Shown here: one piece after another, positions 34,436 to 47,479 of the stretch | Numbering within the stretch: the stretch's first letter is position 1 | Layout of the letters: the number at the start of each line of letters is the position of its first letter | Assembly: GCA_950097015.1 (NCBI GenBank) | Contig: CATNEN010000002.1 | Location: 8,618,001-8,682,000, forward strand | Length of the DNA stretch: 64,000 bases | Source: Macrostomum hystrix | Taxonomy: Eukaryota > Animalia > Platyhelminthes | Reading direction: 5' to 3' | Position numbers and translations under genes: made by a program | The notes under the pieces: generated by a model | Told to the model about the DNA's origin: nothing | Database searches by the model: none | What the model saw: only the letters and a program-made list of their open reading frames with translations

Positions 34436-36339
34436 AAGAGCTCGCATTAACGTCGTTGATGCGATTAACGTCGTATCGTCTGCGAAGACTGAGGCGGTAT
34501 GCAAGCCACGCGTGTGATAGACACAAACAACATCCGTGCACGCAGACAGTGGTGTCGAGTTCATGAGCGTTACGAGCTAGCATTCAATAACATCACACTG
34601 TCTGTCACAAAATCCTCATCCTCAGTCTCTGGCATCGTTATCTTTAGTCCCTGTCATTTAGTCAGAAGGTTTTCTCAAAGCTTCTTTGAACTGTGGCATC
34701 GCGCAAGAAGTGTCTCATGCAAACGTCATTGGAGTCACAGGGTGAGTGACTGTGGAATTGTGAAATAAATCTCTTCGTATTTGAGCAAATTTTACACGGC
34801 AATCAATCATAGACAGTCCGAGTACAAAAGCAAATTACAATTTCTTGGAGTTTCAAACGAATTTTGCGTTTCATTATAAATTATAAATTTCGATCTGTTA
34901 AAATTCACGGTTTCGGGATCGAAGCGGGAGAGCATGATGAGATTACTCATCCTTGGACCCTCAGACCCATCAACGCACCCTCCCCATGTTCCGATTCACT
35001 CAAGCGTAACCAGTGTTTAATCTTCAAATGGCTTTTCAATATACGAGAATCCCCGCTTAGTTTCCCCAGATGTAAGTGGAGCATCTTAATATGTTCATAG
35101 TTATTTTCGATTGTTATTAAGAAAGATCAATAATTAAGCAACGCAACGCCACCAACGCCACCTGCTTATCATATTGTATGATTTGGGGCCAATGAGAGTG
35201 CGACAGGGCTCGGTTCACGCGGTTTACACGTTTTGACGCCTTTTTTCGCCACTGTATAATCCATCTACGCCGCGAAGGAGCGCAGGAACGAACTACGAGA
35301 CTTCTTCGCCGGCATTAGGAACGCGCCCGCGACCCCGTTGCCTACAAACTTCGCCCTGCCGGCAGATACGCCACTGCCAGCTGTCGACTTTCGCACGAGC
35401 CCAGTCAAATGCACGGAGGACGTTGTGCTGTTTGCTCGAAGAACACCGGGAGGCAGGGGCGCTCGGCCTTGCTGAGGTTCCGTTCGAGGCTCTGCGGCTC
35501 TGCAGTGTGGCCTCCCAGGTTACAGGCGTCATGAACCCTCGCCGGCGCCCCCTGCCCCCCACCGAGTGGACCGTTTCGCACATCGTGTGGATCCAAGAGA
35601 AAACTGTGATTTCCAGCACCGCGAAGCTTTTCAACCGACTTGCTACTAGATCGCCTGCATTCGATTTCACTTAAAGGATTCTAGGCCTCTCTCTGATAGA
35701 GCTACCATTTAAGAGCTACCAAACTAAAAAACACGGGCCATTATAAGAAAGGACGGTTTTGTCTGTTTATTTGCCAAAATAATTTTAACTGGTTGCAGAT
35801 CTCTCTTTCCAGCTGCTCTACTTGCAGCGGCGAAGGGAATGTCTGGATAAATAAAGTGGAACTTTTCTACTGTGAATTCCTAAATGAATCCACACTGAAT
35901 AAATACGGAAAACAGATCGACAAGCAGAAAGCGACGGAAAAAACTGTTCGATTAAAAATATCAAATTTAACTTAGTTCGTTTTCTGGTTAGGTATTTTAA
36001 AGACGGTTAGCACAAGTTAACAAACCATGTTAAAGGGTAGAAAATGCGTTTTTGCTAAACCAGTTTTTGCTAAATTTGCGTTTAGCTCCCACTAAGAAAA
36101 TGTTAGCTTGAAAACTTAAGTAATTTACCAGCATACAAAATTTGTTAGTCGGGAAACAATCGGAATAGCCTGTATTAAAGCATAAAAACCAATCAAATAA
36201 AAATGTGTGACTGCGACACATGATAGAGCTTAGTCAAAGACGAACAGAAAAAGTCGCTTGTTTCATAGATTAGAAAATTACACAAGCAAAAAAAATTCGG
36301 CTCACTACTGCTTATACAGATTAGGCATCCGCTTGATGA

Positions 36340-36530
36340 GCAGATGCAGATCCGTCAGTCAAGTGGATCCTCCACTATTTCCCGCCTGTCATCGTCGTCT
36401 TTCGTGTCATCCTCGTCTTTCATGTCATCCTCGTCTTGCGTGTCATCCTCGTCTTCCGTGTCATCCTCGTCATCAGCATTATCCTCGCTGTCGCTGGAAT
36501 CGGTCATCACGAGGTCACGCAGGAGAGCGG
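36340..36530 (-). repeat. 18-bp repeat, open as an acidic EDEDDT tract
   Basis: Unit approximately tgtcatcctcgtcttccg on the plus strand. Confidence 0.7.
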
Positions 36531-36699
36531 ACTTTCGCACAGCTCTTTCAAAACGTCTTTGAAACGAAGGCTGAAATATTGTAGAAGCTTATTCATAGTT
36601 ATAACTTTTAATGTCACACGCGTCCTAAGGTTAGGGTGAGAATGAGCAAGGATGAGTGGGAGGGTGAGGACCTCCTTCAGAATTTCATCCACTCGTACT

Positions 36700-37390
36700 T
36701 CGCAGAGCAATGTGCGGGTCGCTGCGGTCTAAAGCTCTCTGAGACTAAAAAGGGCTGTCGGAAGCTCTTGCGGGCTCGCCCCCAAACGCCTCTGGCGGAT
36801 CTACGCTGCAATGGTCAGGCCAGCTGTCTCGTACTGCACCCTGATCTGGGCCAGCACCCTGCAGAGGAAGACCTGCCTGAAGGCCGTCAGGAGAATGTAA
36901 GGGTGCGCACGTCGCACGCCCCACCGTCTGCTCCTCATGACGACCAAAATTAAAATTTTACGACGTTCTCCAGCTTGAAATTATTGACCGCTTCACGCTT
37001 CACGCCACAAAGAGCCATGGCTTGCGTCATCGCTACGCACGCACAACATACTGGGAGGCTCTCCACGGTCGTCCAGACTAAAATACAATTTGTATTTGCC
37101 ATTAGCTCGTGTGCGAAACGAATCGATTGCCAGGCCGGACACAATTGAAGAGACTATCGTCATCCAATCTGACTGTCAAGCGGTCTTCAAAGACCACGCC
37201 ACGCCAACTGTGTCCGGCAAATCAACCTCCTGACTAATAGCAATACTATCAGGTTGCGCTGGATTCCAGGAGGGCATGCGGGCTTCCCAGCGAATGAGCT
37301 AGTAGATCGACACCCTCGCGAAGTTGGGCGGCTCTGGCTGCCGGCGCTTTGTCCTGATACCCATCAAGGTCATCAATCGCCAAATGATGC
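36700..37390 (+). mobile_element. Degenerate RNase H-bearing LINE fragment
   Basis: My translation gives PKRLWRIYAAMVRPAVSYCTLIW (post-RT motif) near 36780-36850, then RNase H remnants IVIQSDCQA and IRLRWIP..HAGFPANE near 37160-37310, with stops and frameshifts. Confidence 0.7.
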
Positions 37391-38469
37391 GAGCCTTATC
37401 GGTAAATCCTTAATGGATTAGATCACAGCACAAGCCCCAGACTTTCATCGTGCGTGAACCCTTTAAGGTTTAAGGGGGGGCTAATAGGGAAATAAGCGTT
37501 GGCTTAGCTTCTCCTCTCCTCTCGGGCGAAAACTACCCGATGTTAGTGGAAGTAACCCGACGGGCAATCGAAACCCAGAAATTGGAACCCGTTTTTGCTG
37601 AATCACTTCTTGCCTTGTTGTTCTTCTTGTTGTTAAATAGGATACAATATTGCTGAAGCTAATTTTGTACTGTGCAATAAAGAAATACTTACCATCAGGT
37701 GTAATTGCTGCACTATGACCTGCATGGATTCGGTAGGAAAATAGGTGACCAAGCGAAGCTGTTCTAATTTGTTTAGAATCGACTTCGCTACTGCTTTCGG
37801 ATCAGACGAGGCTGAAGTTATGCCAAAAATCTCGCGCATCTGATCAGGTGTTAAGTTGATGAAAATTTCCTCCATGTCACTTACGTAGATGGACGCGGCG
37901 CGTTTCAAAAGTCCCACCTGAAAGAGAAGGGAGGAACTGGTGATAAAAAGGGATTGCAGGTAGCAGCAGTGAGTTGAGATAATTCATCCATTTTCAATTC
38001 AAGGCATTTATTTCGTACGGGCGTACGGATGAGCTCAAATTCACATTACATGCGGCTCTAACTGGCCACTTGAAACCAGTATTAAGTAGAACAAAGTTCC
38101 TATGCAAAGGGATTCACTTATGGTATTGCAGCTACCAGTTTGTTAAACTTTAATGTTAAACTTACCAATAAGACTCCCAGTAGTCATACTTTGATAGTAC
38201 TCTAAATATTCAGATACGTTAAATAAGGTACATTAAAATGTCAATCTTTCGTTTGCTTGTATTTATGCTAAAGTTCTTCAACCAACAACTTGCGCGAATT
38301 CGAAGAAACTAAAAGTGCGATAACCCTTCGAGTTCTTCGGATTCATCTTAGACACCCTTATTAGCCATTTCCGACCGCTTTTCGTTAGGTACATTGTAAG
38401 TTACTTAATTCAAAGGCTTACCGATTCAATAATAACATCCATAACTGACGAAGGCGGCGAGTGTCGATC

Positions 38470-39000
38470 TCATCGCGAACGCGCAGAAGACCGAGGTGCT
38501 GACGGTGCCGCACAATCTGCCGGCCGAGATTCTGCTCCGGGGCGACAGCGGCCACGGGACCCCGCTTCCGAGGTGCTGCCAGTTCGTTTATCTCGGCGGA
38601 CTAGTGCCAGATTTGAGCGACGAGACGGCGCGGCAAGGCCTGGGCCGCGTTTCGGTCAGTGCGCACGGAGCTGCTTTTGGGCGCGCTGACGGACAGCGCA
38701 AGGTCGCAGCTGTTCCAGGTGGTCGTTGAGACCGTGCTGCTCTATAATGCGGAGACCTGCAGGACTCTGACGGAGGCGCTCGAGGGGCAGCTCAACGCGA
38801 CACATGTGGCCCTGCTTCGCGCTGCATTTGGCTTCCGCCGCGGCCCAGGAAGCGAGACGACCGACTCACTGTACGAGCGAGCGCGGCTGGCTGGGCACGG
38901 CGCAGGCGCGGACAGGGATGATCAGCCCGTTATATCGACCTGCTCTTCTCCGACGCGCGCGCCCCGAGCCAGGCTGACGGAGAGAAACATGTCCGATCCT
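38470..39000 (+). mobile_element. Degenerate RTE-like LINE RT C-terminal fragment
   Basis: QFVYLGG followed in another frame by LFQVVVETVLLYNAET..LT...LNATH..LLR. Confidence 0.75.
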
Positions 39001-41829
39001 AATTAGGAAAGCTGCCCCTCCTTAACAATATTAAAATCAGAAGCATTCAATACAGCATGGGCTTCACAATAGTAGGCCCGTACAGATTCCATCATCTACA
39101 ATTTGATAGTTGTGCCCGCTTATCCAACTCCATCGCGCTAAAACAAAGCGGAATTCAAGCAGGATTTCAAATTGGAAGCGAAACTTCCACGCGGAGTAGC
39201 GACTTGCAAGATGCTGCTCAGTATCTAACTCTGTCATGATATCCACTTTCGTCATCCTTGCCGTCGGCTGCATGACTGTCTGAAGACGCACGGAGGAGGC
39301 GGGAGTAGCCCATAGTCCATATCGCTAATCCCAGACTCAAACTAAGGCACAAGACCCGTCAGGCAGGTCAGTCGGTCCTCTTCTGCAGCGTTTTCTTCTC
39401 CTGGCAAGAAATCGGATTGTCTGGTTGACCGCAGGAATCCGAAGAGCCGTGGGATATTCTCGGGTCTGCAAACTCATCGATGGATGAGTTTTGGACCGAG
39501 GTAGCAGAGCCGGTCTCAGTTGAGGGCCAGGTAACGACAGAAAAAGCGCTTGGCATTTTCTTTTTCAAGGCCGCAAAGAGACAAAGTTCCTTCCGGGAGG
39601 GACCCACAAAGGAGGCAGTGCCTGACCGTGAAGGCACAGTCTAGCAATCACCTCCAAGAGAGACACCTAAGACTGCCTGATGCAGTCTCCATGGGACAGA
39701 CGCAGAAAACATCGCACCAAAGACTCTGGCAGCTTCTCAATCTCTGCTCTCAACCTGACTGCTCGAACAAGAAGTGGTCCTTGTTACGACCGTCAGTATT
39801 TTCAGGTGTGCAGTGTGCTCTCTACAGGCTTCTTGATGACTTGCTATGCGGACCGTCCGGCTTCAAGTGTTTCTGTTAAAACCGGTCTTTAAAGGTTTGA
39901 ATACGAGCCCTTGTCCTTGCAGGTCGTAATCAGAAAATCTGTGAGCTAAAAGCTCCTGTCTGGAGAAAATACACTGTGTCTGTGACTGCTATCAGCAATT
40001 AATAGGGTATTTTTTCAAAGCTCCTTACTTCACAGCAGATCTAGTTTTTTAGTACTTGTTGGCTATGAAGTAGTTATTGGTGGCCGAGGCCTTACAAAGC
40101 CTAGGAGAATTAGACCTACATGTACTGACTGCCACGCCGACGGGTGCATGACAATGGACGTTATCGCGAACGATTTCCTTCAAAGCAAGCGCAGGTAAGT
40201 ATGCAAAAATGAGTTCAGAATGCTGCTTGAATATCTTAAAACTGACGGCAGCCTGACTTGAGTACAATTTAAATTTAAACTATATACTGACTACTTGCAC
40301 TAGAGAAATAACTAGCTAAGAGTGCAAATAAACTGGATGGCAGAAGATCTGCCCCAGGCGCTGCACTCGTATAAGGACACGCATCTATTCGCAGTTTTTT
40401 AACGCGAGTTATTGGTGCTCATTGTAAGTTGACTAAATTCGGACTAAAGCAAGCGCAGACCGCCCAGTTATATAACTGCGCCACACGCATGTGTACCCAG
40501 ATTCAGCCCGGGAGACGGAAATAAGCTGGCAGATTGGCAGATAAAGTGCGCATTGCCGAAGAGAGGAAGGCGAAAGCCTCAGGTAGGTACGCAATAAAAA
40601 GCACCGAAGGAATTTGACTGAGGAATGAAAGGCGGCAGCAGCGGCAGCAGCAGGCAATGTGAACATGCATCAAAGGTTGCCGCTGCAGCAGCCTGGGGTA
40701 AGAATGTAGGCCAACCGACGAATCCCAGACCAGAAGAAGAAAAAAGCCACTCTCGCCCGCTCGGTTTCCACAAGAAACAGAAACAGAAATGGCCGGCTTC
40801 AGGGACCCAGGAGGGACGAGAGGGCAGCGCAGCCGCAGAATAATTCCGGCCGGCAAGACCGCCAGGAACAGCGGGAGGAGGAACTCGCGGATATTCAGCA
40901 GAACATTGCAGCTGGGCAATCACGCACGATCCGCTGGCCCCAAGCCAGCAAAGGCCTCACAAAGTTGGCAGGCAAAATAAATGACTGGCTGAACATTGCA
41001 GCAACGTGTCTGGCAGGCCGGGAGAGAACCTGGCTATACCTGCTAATTACAGCATCCGAGGCTGTATCTCGGCGTTGCCAGGCGCAGAAGATTTCACTTC
41101 GAGATTTGAGAGGCTGAACATCATAAGCCAAGATCTGATCGAAAGTTAGCGAAAAATGACAGGACAAACTGTCTTGACTTTTAACAGACTGAAAAAATGA
41201 AGGCCCTATTGAAAGTCGTCAAAGTGAACATCGGATTTAGAATTGCAACGCTTACGCAGCATAAATAGAAGAATTAGTTTATATGCACTGGAGTCACCGC
41301 TATTGCGCAGCCAAATCAATCTTATTTCGATTGGTTCACAATTCAGTTTTCTGCAGTTAATTATTTCCGAAACGGCAAAACAACAGAGCGAAGTGGGGTG
41401 GGGATAATTAGGAAGTGAAACAGCACAGAGCAGTAAAAACAAAAGTGGAGATCAGGTTGAGAGCTACAAAACAATAATCAAAAGGTGAATAAGTTACTGT
41501 TAGATCAGGGTAGCCGCCGAGACAATAGAATGAGGGGCCGCACAAAAGTGCACTAAGCATGGGGACAATGAGCGCGCATTGTGAACTACTAAATTTGTAT
41601 AATAAAAATCGCGCGGTACAAAAACGCATTAAAATCGGTAAAAACTGCGAATAACAATGACGATTAGCGGGCCAGGAAATTATCTGCTCTCGTCTCCGCT
41701 GCTAAAAATGGAAGCGAAAGCTGTCTGTTCCAATTTAGGTAGCAAAAATGGCAACATCTTGCTTCTCTGTCTGCTCAAATTGAAAGTGGAGCATGCCGAT
41801 TCAAGGCCTTTTTAGGGATTATGGAGCTG

Positions 41830-42272
41830 TTAGGATGTCAGTTATGTCCAACCTCATCTCCCAGCCCATCATGTCCAACCCCATCTCCCAGCCCATCATG
41901 TCCAACCCCATCTCCCACCTCATTATGTCCAACCCCATCTCCCAGCCCATCATGTCCAACCCCATCTCCCACCCCATTATGTCCATCGCCATCTTCCACC
42001 CCATCATGTCCGACCCCATCTCCCAGCCCATTATGTCCAACCCCATCTCCCACCTCATTATGTCCAACCCCATCTCCCAGCCCATCATGTCCAACCCCAT
42101 CTCCCACCCCATTATGTCCATCGCCATCTTCCACCCCATCATGTCCGACCCCATTATGTCCAACCCCATCTCCCACCCCACTATGTCCATCGCCATCTCC
42201 CACCCCATTATGTCCATCGCCATCTCCCAGCCCATCATGTCCAACCCCATCTCCCAGCCCATCATGTCCAAC
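41830..42272. repeat. 27-bp minisatellite, about 16 copies
   Basis: Unit atgtccaaccccatctcccagcccatc. Confidence 0.95.
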
Positions 42273-43333
42273 AGATATTAAAAAGTGCACAGTCAATAAG
42301 ACTGCAAATGAAATGTAAGCTGAATGAAATGAAATCTTCTTCAAGTTTAAACAAACATTTTTAAACTTGAAGAAGGGCGATACAAGAGCATGTGCCGCCA
42401 AATTATAAAGCGGTGCACGGAGCAATTATCAATAAAAAAAACAGGCACAAAATTTGTACAAAAAACTATAAAAACTGAAGATTTGATTGAGTATAAAAGT
42501 TAGTAATTTTTACAGAAAAAATATGCTGCACCATAACTACATCGGTTCAAAGCATTCAAGATCCCACTAGCAATAATAAAACTGATATGTGACTCACAGC
42601 ATACTACAGCTTGCTTCAATATTAATACTATTTTTTATTTCGCAGAGTCCACTGCAGCCGAGTTGCTGCAGCTCTTACAGGAAGAGGAGAACAAAGACCC
42701 ACTTTGATTGCTAGCTGAGTCACACGAAGCGAACGCACTGACCCAAAACTGACAAAGCTACAGTGCACTTGAACTGAAAAGTCTCGACCCTGGATTTTCG
42801 CCTGTTCTTCAATTCGTGACTTCAGTTTTCAGTTTCTGCTTTGAGCCGAGGATCCGCTATCAAATCTATTTTTAGCAGCTCACAAATGTCAAATGGAGAA
42901 TCCAAAATCAGTCTATTGTGCTCCCGGCTTCCAGAAAATCTACGCAAAAATTTAACCAGCTGAAGCAAAATTTAGGTCGCAAAAAACTGTAACTAGCAAC
43001 GAAATGAATAATTTATTTAATGCAGAAAAAGGGCTTTAGCAGCAATGCAGCCACATTTACAGACATGATCATGGCGTGAGACAATACTTATGAGTCATTC
43101 GTACTGCTTACAGAAGACAAAGCAGCAGCAGCAGCAGCAGCAGCCGCAGAAGTGCACTTAAAGGTGTTAAAAAAGGCTAGCCAATGACTAACGCAGCAGG
43201 GCGCAGCAGTACCAGCAGTAGTGCAGCAGTCAGCGCAACTTTCTGTACTCAACAATCGCGCAAAAAATGACAAGAGAAAGATAACGCACAGCTGGTCTGT
43301 TGAATGTTCTGCCCTCACGAAACCTGCCAAGTG

Positions 43334-46300
43334 TCACACATTAGCAGCCAAGGCGCCACTGGCCGCAGCCAGAGCAGCTGCTGCGGCAGCCAACATCAGC
43401 ACAGCCGGCGAGCCCCTGAGCTGCTCGACGGCTGACGACAAGCCGCGCTTGACGCTGGTCATGCGCATCGGCTCGTGCACCGAGCCCTCGCCGCGATGGC
43501 CCTCAGCTCCGCCCTGCTCGTCCGGCTCCTTCGGCAGCCACAGATCCGTCGGCGGCTGCACCGGCTTCGGCGGCAACGTTGGCAGCTCCGGCCGCTGCGG
43601 CGACTGTGTTGATGAGGGGCGGTCTGGCTGCTGCGGCGGAGGACTCGGCGGCTCCTCGCTACCGCTGCTGCCGGTATCTGGCGGCGGGCCGGGCGGCCGC
43701 GGCGTCGGCTGCATCGCCGGAGGCAGTGAGGATTCTTCGTCGCCGGAGCCGGCAGGACCAGGCGGCTGCTGGGTGGGCAGGCCATGCGGCAGAGAAGATG
43801 GCTGCAGCGGCGGCACTTCTGTGGTGCTGAGGTCATCCGGCTCCTCGTCCGGCTGACCGACCCCGGAGCCGCCGGTGTCGATTCGAGCCGGAGTGGTGGC
43901 AGCTGTCGTGGTGGTTGGCGCTGTTGTTGTTGTTGTTGTGGTGGTGGTTGGTGTCGTTGTTGTTGTGGTGGTTGGCGTCGTTGTTGTCGTGGTGCTGGTG
44001 GTTGTTGTGGTGGTGGAGGTGGTGGTGGTTGAAGTGGAGGTGGTTGTGGGCGCAGTTGTGGTGGTGTCAGGCAGCCACAGCCGCTCTGTGGTCCTGTGCG
44101 TGTCAGGCAGGGCGGGCACTGGCGGCGGTCCCGTGTCGCCGGAGCCGATGGGAGGCTGCGGTGGCCGATCGCCGCTTCCAGCGCCGCCTGTCTCTGCCGA
44201 CTCCGGCACCGACGTCGGTGGCGGCGGTGTTCGCGGTGGCGGCGGTGCTCGCGGTGGCGGCGTCGGCCCATCGCCGCTTCCCGCGCTGCCAATCTCCGCC
44301 GACTCCGGCACCGACGGCGGTGTTTGCGGAGGCAGCGAAGGCGTTGTGGCGAGTGTTGAAAGCACCAGCGGCGGAGGCAGATCCAAGTAAGGCGGCCTTC
44401 GCCCGGTTGCCGATGGCGAGGGCGGCGGGGCGGAGCCGCTACCTGAGCCGCCGCTGCTGGCGAAGCGACTGGAGCCTGGTCCAGCGGAGAGCGAAGATGT
44501 TGCTGGTGGCGGCGGCGCTGGAAACCCGGCAGTAGCGGTGCCGTCACGCCTCAGCTGCAGCAGCCGGGCCAGCCTCTGCGCCCCATCAGTGTTCTCCCGG
44601 TAGGCCCTGTAGTTCTCGCCGCCTCTGGGCAGGCTGGTCGCGAGTTCGAGTCCCAGCTTCAGCTCAGCCAGGCGGGTGGCCACGGGCTCCGCTGGGTGAG
44701 TCAAGGTGGCCTCCGGTACGGAGACCTCCGGGTTGGCGACAAGGTCCGACCCGCTGGTGCCGCGCCTGCTCCGCACATAGCTGCAGTGGCACAAATGGGG
44801 CATGAATCAGGACTAGCAGAACAATTTTATTCGGTGCTTGTTTGAAAGTTCACGCATCAGTTCACGGTTTCTACCCGGCAACAGCGGTGCCGTTCCAGCA
44901 GGCATCCGGCCTCGGCTCGAGCTGGCAGTCCTTCTGCACCAGCTGCTCCCAGCTGAAGAAGCCCCTCAGGGCCCGCAGCTCCAGACTCACGGAGCCGACC
45001 AGCTGGGTCAGCCGGGTTAGCAGAGCTCGTTCACCGGCCGGCGTCTCGGCGGCGCCGGTGCCCGAGTCCGAGCTTGATCCGCCGCCGGGTGACGACGACA
45101 GCACGGAGCCGCCAACGTGGACGCCAGTCTTGGGGCTGGGCCGGCCGCAGGCGCTGGAAATCTGAGCCTGAAGGGCGTCCTTGCGCTCCTGCATCTCCAT
45201 GATGCCGCTGCTGATGCGAAAGCCCAGCTGGCTCAGAGCCTTAAAAAAATCGAAGTCGAAATGACTAAAATTGGGACTTCTCTTGGCTCTTGAAAGAATC
45301 TATATTTTACAGAAACTGCCTAGAAACAAAAACTGTTTAGAAAATGTGACAAAAGTCACCCTATTACCAAGAAACAGGGTTTTATAGGAAAACAGTTTCC
45401 AGGAAACTTGGTTTCATAGAAACCTGGTTTCCTAGAAAATCTAGTGCAAATCAATATGGTCTACAAAATCCAGCCTCACCGTGTGCAAGCCACTGGCTCC
45501 ATCAACCAAGTTGGTCATTCGCTCCAGCTCGCCAAGCAGGCGATCGAACGGGCCGGCAAGGGGCGCCTGAGCGGCCAGGCAGCCAGCGGCCACGTTGGCG
45601 CACAGGTTGTAGCAGGCTGGCGCCGTGACCACCCCGTCGCACCAGGCGCAGTAGTGGGAGCGCAACCTGGCGCGCTGGCAGTCGTCGCTGAGTTGCAAGC
45701 CGACGGAGGCGCCGCGGAGGGTCTCGGATAGGCTGGCCAAGCCTAGCAGGAAGCTGCGGCCTGTGACGAAGGCTTTGACCAGCTCGGCACCGACTTTGTC
45801 GGGCATGGCGCCTAGAGGCCGCAGGGTGGTGAACTGTCGCTGGGCGCAGGCCAGGTAGGCCCTATCCAGGTTGTAGTTGTTCATTGTGAGCGCGTAAACC
45901 CGGCCGGCGATGGCGTCGAAGAGGTCGCCGGCCACGCGGGACACGGGGCCGGAGCCGCGGTCGCCCCTGACGTAGGAGGCCAGCTGGTCGAAGAAGGCGG
46001 TGAAGGGGGCCTTGTTCTCTAGGTAGGAATAGCCGTAGATGCTCTTGAGGTTGTGGTCCAGCTCGCGGCGCGAGGCCTCGATCATATCCAGCTGGAGGCG
46101 CTGCAACTCGCCCAGCAGGGAGTCGAGCCGGGAGGCCCGCGGCGTCACCAGGCCAGCAACCTGAAGCCGGAGCTCCTGGCGGGCCTTGGCCAGCAGGGCC
46201 TCCTCCATTGACCGTGAGCAACAGGTGGGCCGCTGAGGACAGACTCTCAGGTGAGTGCCGGACATCAGCGAAGTCACGTGCAACACATCGAGGCCCTTCT

Positions 46301-46409
46301 CGGAGTAGGCGGCCGTCACCGCCGCGCAGTCCGGTGGAGCCGCTGAAGCCCCGTTAAAAACAAGCAGCAGCGGCAGCAGCAGCTGCGGCAGCACCTGCTG
46401 GAACGACAT
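43334..46409 (-). CDS. Glypican with an extended Pro/Thr-rich stalk, 3 exons, about 913 aa
   Basis: Exons 46409-45480, 45239-44875 and 44780-43334 are phase-consistent. It has a signal peptide and glypican cysteine motifs HLRVCPQRPTCCSRSMEE, C..A..R..YCAWCDG...PACYNLCANVAAGCLA, ISSGIMEMQE..SACGRP, CWNG and NPEV. Multiple SG dipeptides and a hydrophobic GPI-type C-terminus follow. Confidence 0.93.
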
Positions 46410-47479
46410 AAATCCGGCCTGTGGACTAAAATGTGCCGGCTGGAACGGATGGAATGCGTGGAGAATGATTAGTTGCCATCGTTTCAGCCTCACAAACTGT
46501 GAGAAGGCCCCGCTTTGAACTAAGTACAAAACGAACAATTAAAACTGATTTTGGACCAAGTCCATTAGCAACCGAAGTGAAAGCAAAAAGCTGAGAATTT
46601 TCTCGACTCACTTGCTTTGTCAGGTCATTCTAAGCAGACATGAGGGGTTTTCAATTGGGTGTGCAGCAAGTCCACTCTCTGGCGCAGCAGAGGCTAAATT
46701 ACAGATGGCCAGGAGGAAATCACAGCGGCTGTTAACTTCAGCTGGCAGTAGGTGACGGGCCAAATTATTGTGGGGCCAACAGGAGCCTGCACAAATCAGC
46801 CAAGCCTTGATTTCTGAACTGGAAGGGCGGGCAGCGGTTGGTGGGAAATGAAGCTGGGGAGGGACGGTGAAGCTGGGGAGCCGGTCAAATATGGAGTGGC
46901 GGAGGTGAGGCGGGGGATGACTAAGATCCAGAGGAAGGGCGGGGAAAGAAGGGCAGGGAAGGAAGGAAGTTCACAGCAAGTGCACCGGCCCGAGCACCAG
47001 TTTTCCTCCCCGAGGGAATCGCGGCATCTGACAGTCGCGTCTCTCAACCGCTCCCCAGCGGTAGTAAAGAGATCCCAAAAGTTTAGCTTCAGTTGTGCGC
47101 ACGGAGGTACCGGCTGGCTCGGTTGATGTCTGGCTTGGGGAGAGGGGGAGTTTTAGAAGTGGGATGCGAATCCCAGGCACGGGAGACAAAGCTTTTAGCT
47201 GTTTTGCAGTCACAGACAGCCGGTCAGTCAGGCCCAGACTAAAATGGAATCGACTCGCTTTTAGGCCAAGTGGGGCCAGCTGGGAATAGGGGAACAACGG
47301 TGCTTTTCTCACGACAGAATCTGTTTCAACACATTCCACTGACTGCCAGTCAGACACTGAGTACTATAACAAAACTAATTGAAACCATGGGCTGATGCGG
47401 TTCAGTTTGTTCGGCCTATTTGAATCAAGTGCACACCTTCAGCCAGAAAGTGGGATTGTGTTTTGTGCTTCACCAACTG

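Noticed and set aside
35293-35674. GC-rich ORFs on both strands
   Set aside because: No family motif or consistent gene structure could be supported.
40620-41130. Possible R2/NeSL-like LINE fragment (RTIRWPQAS) or host exon
   Set aside because: It rests on a single short motif with internal stops, which is too weak.
41838-42425. Gly/His/Asp-rich (VGHDGLGDG)n structural or adhesive protein
   Set aside because: The 27-bp unit is open in several frames on both strands, the N-terminus is not a signal peptide, and I found no convincing splice sites.
43088-47357. Many overlapping plus-strand and alternative-frame ORFs around the glypican
   Set aside because: They are shadows of GC-rich, stop-poor exons.
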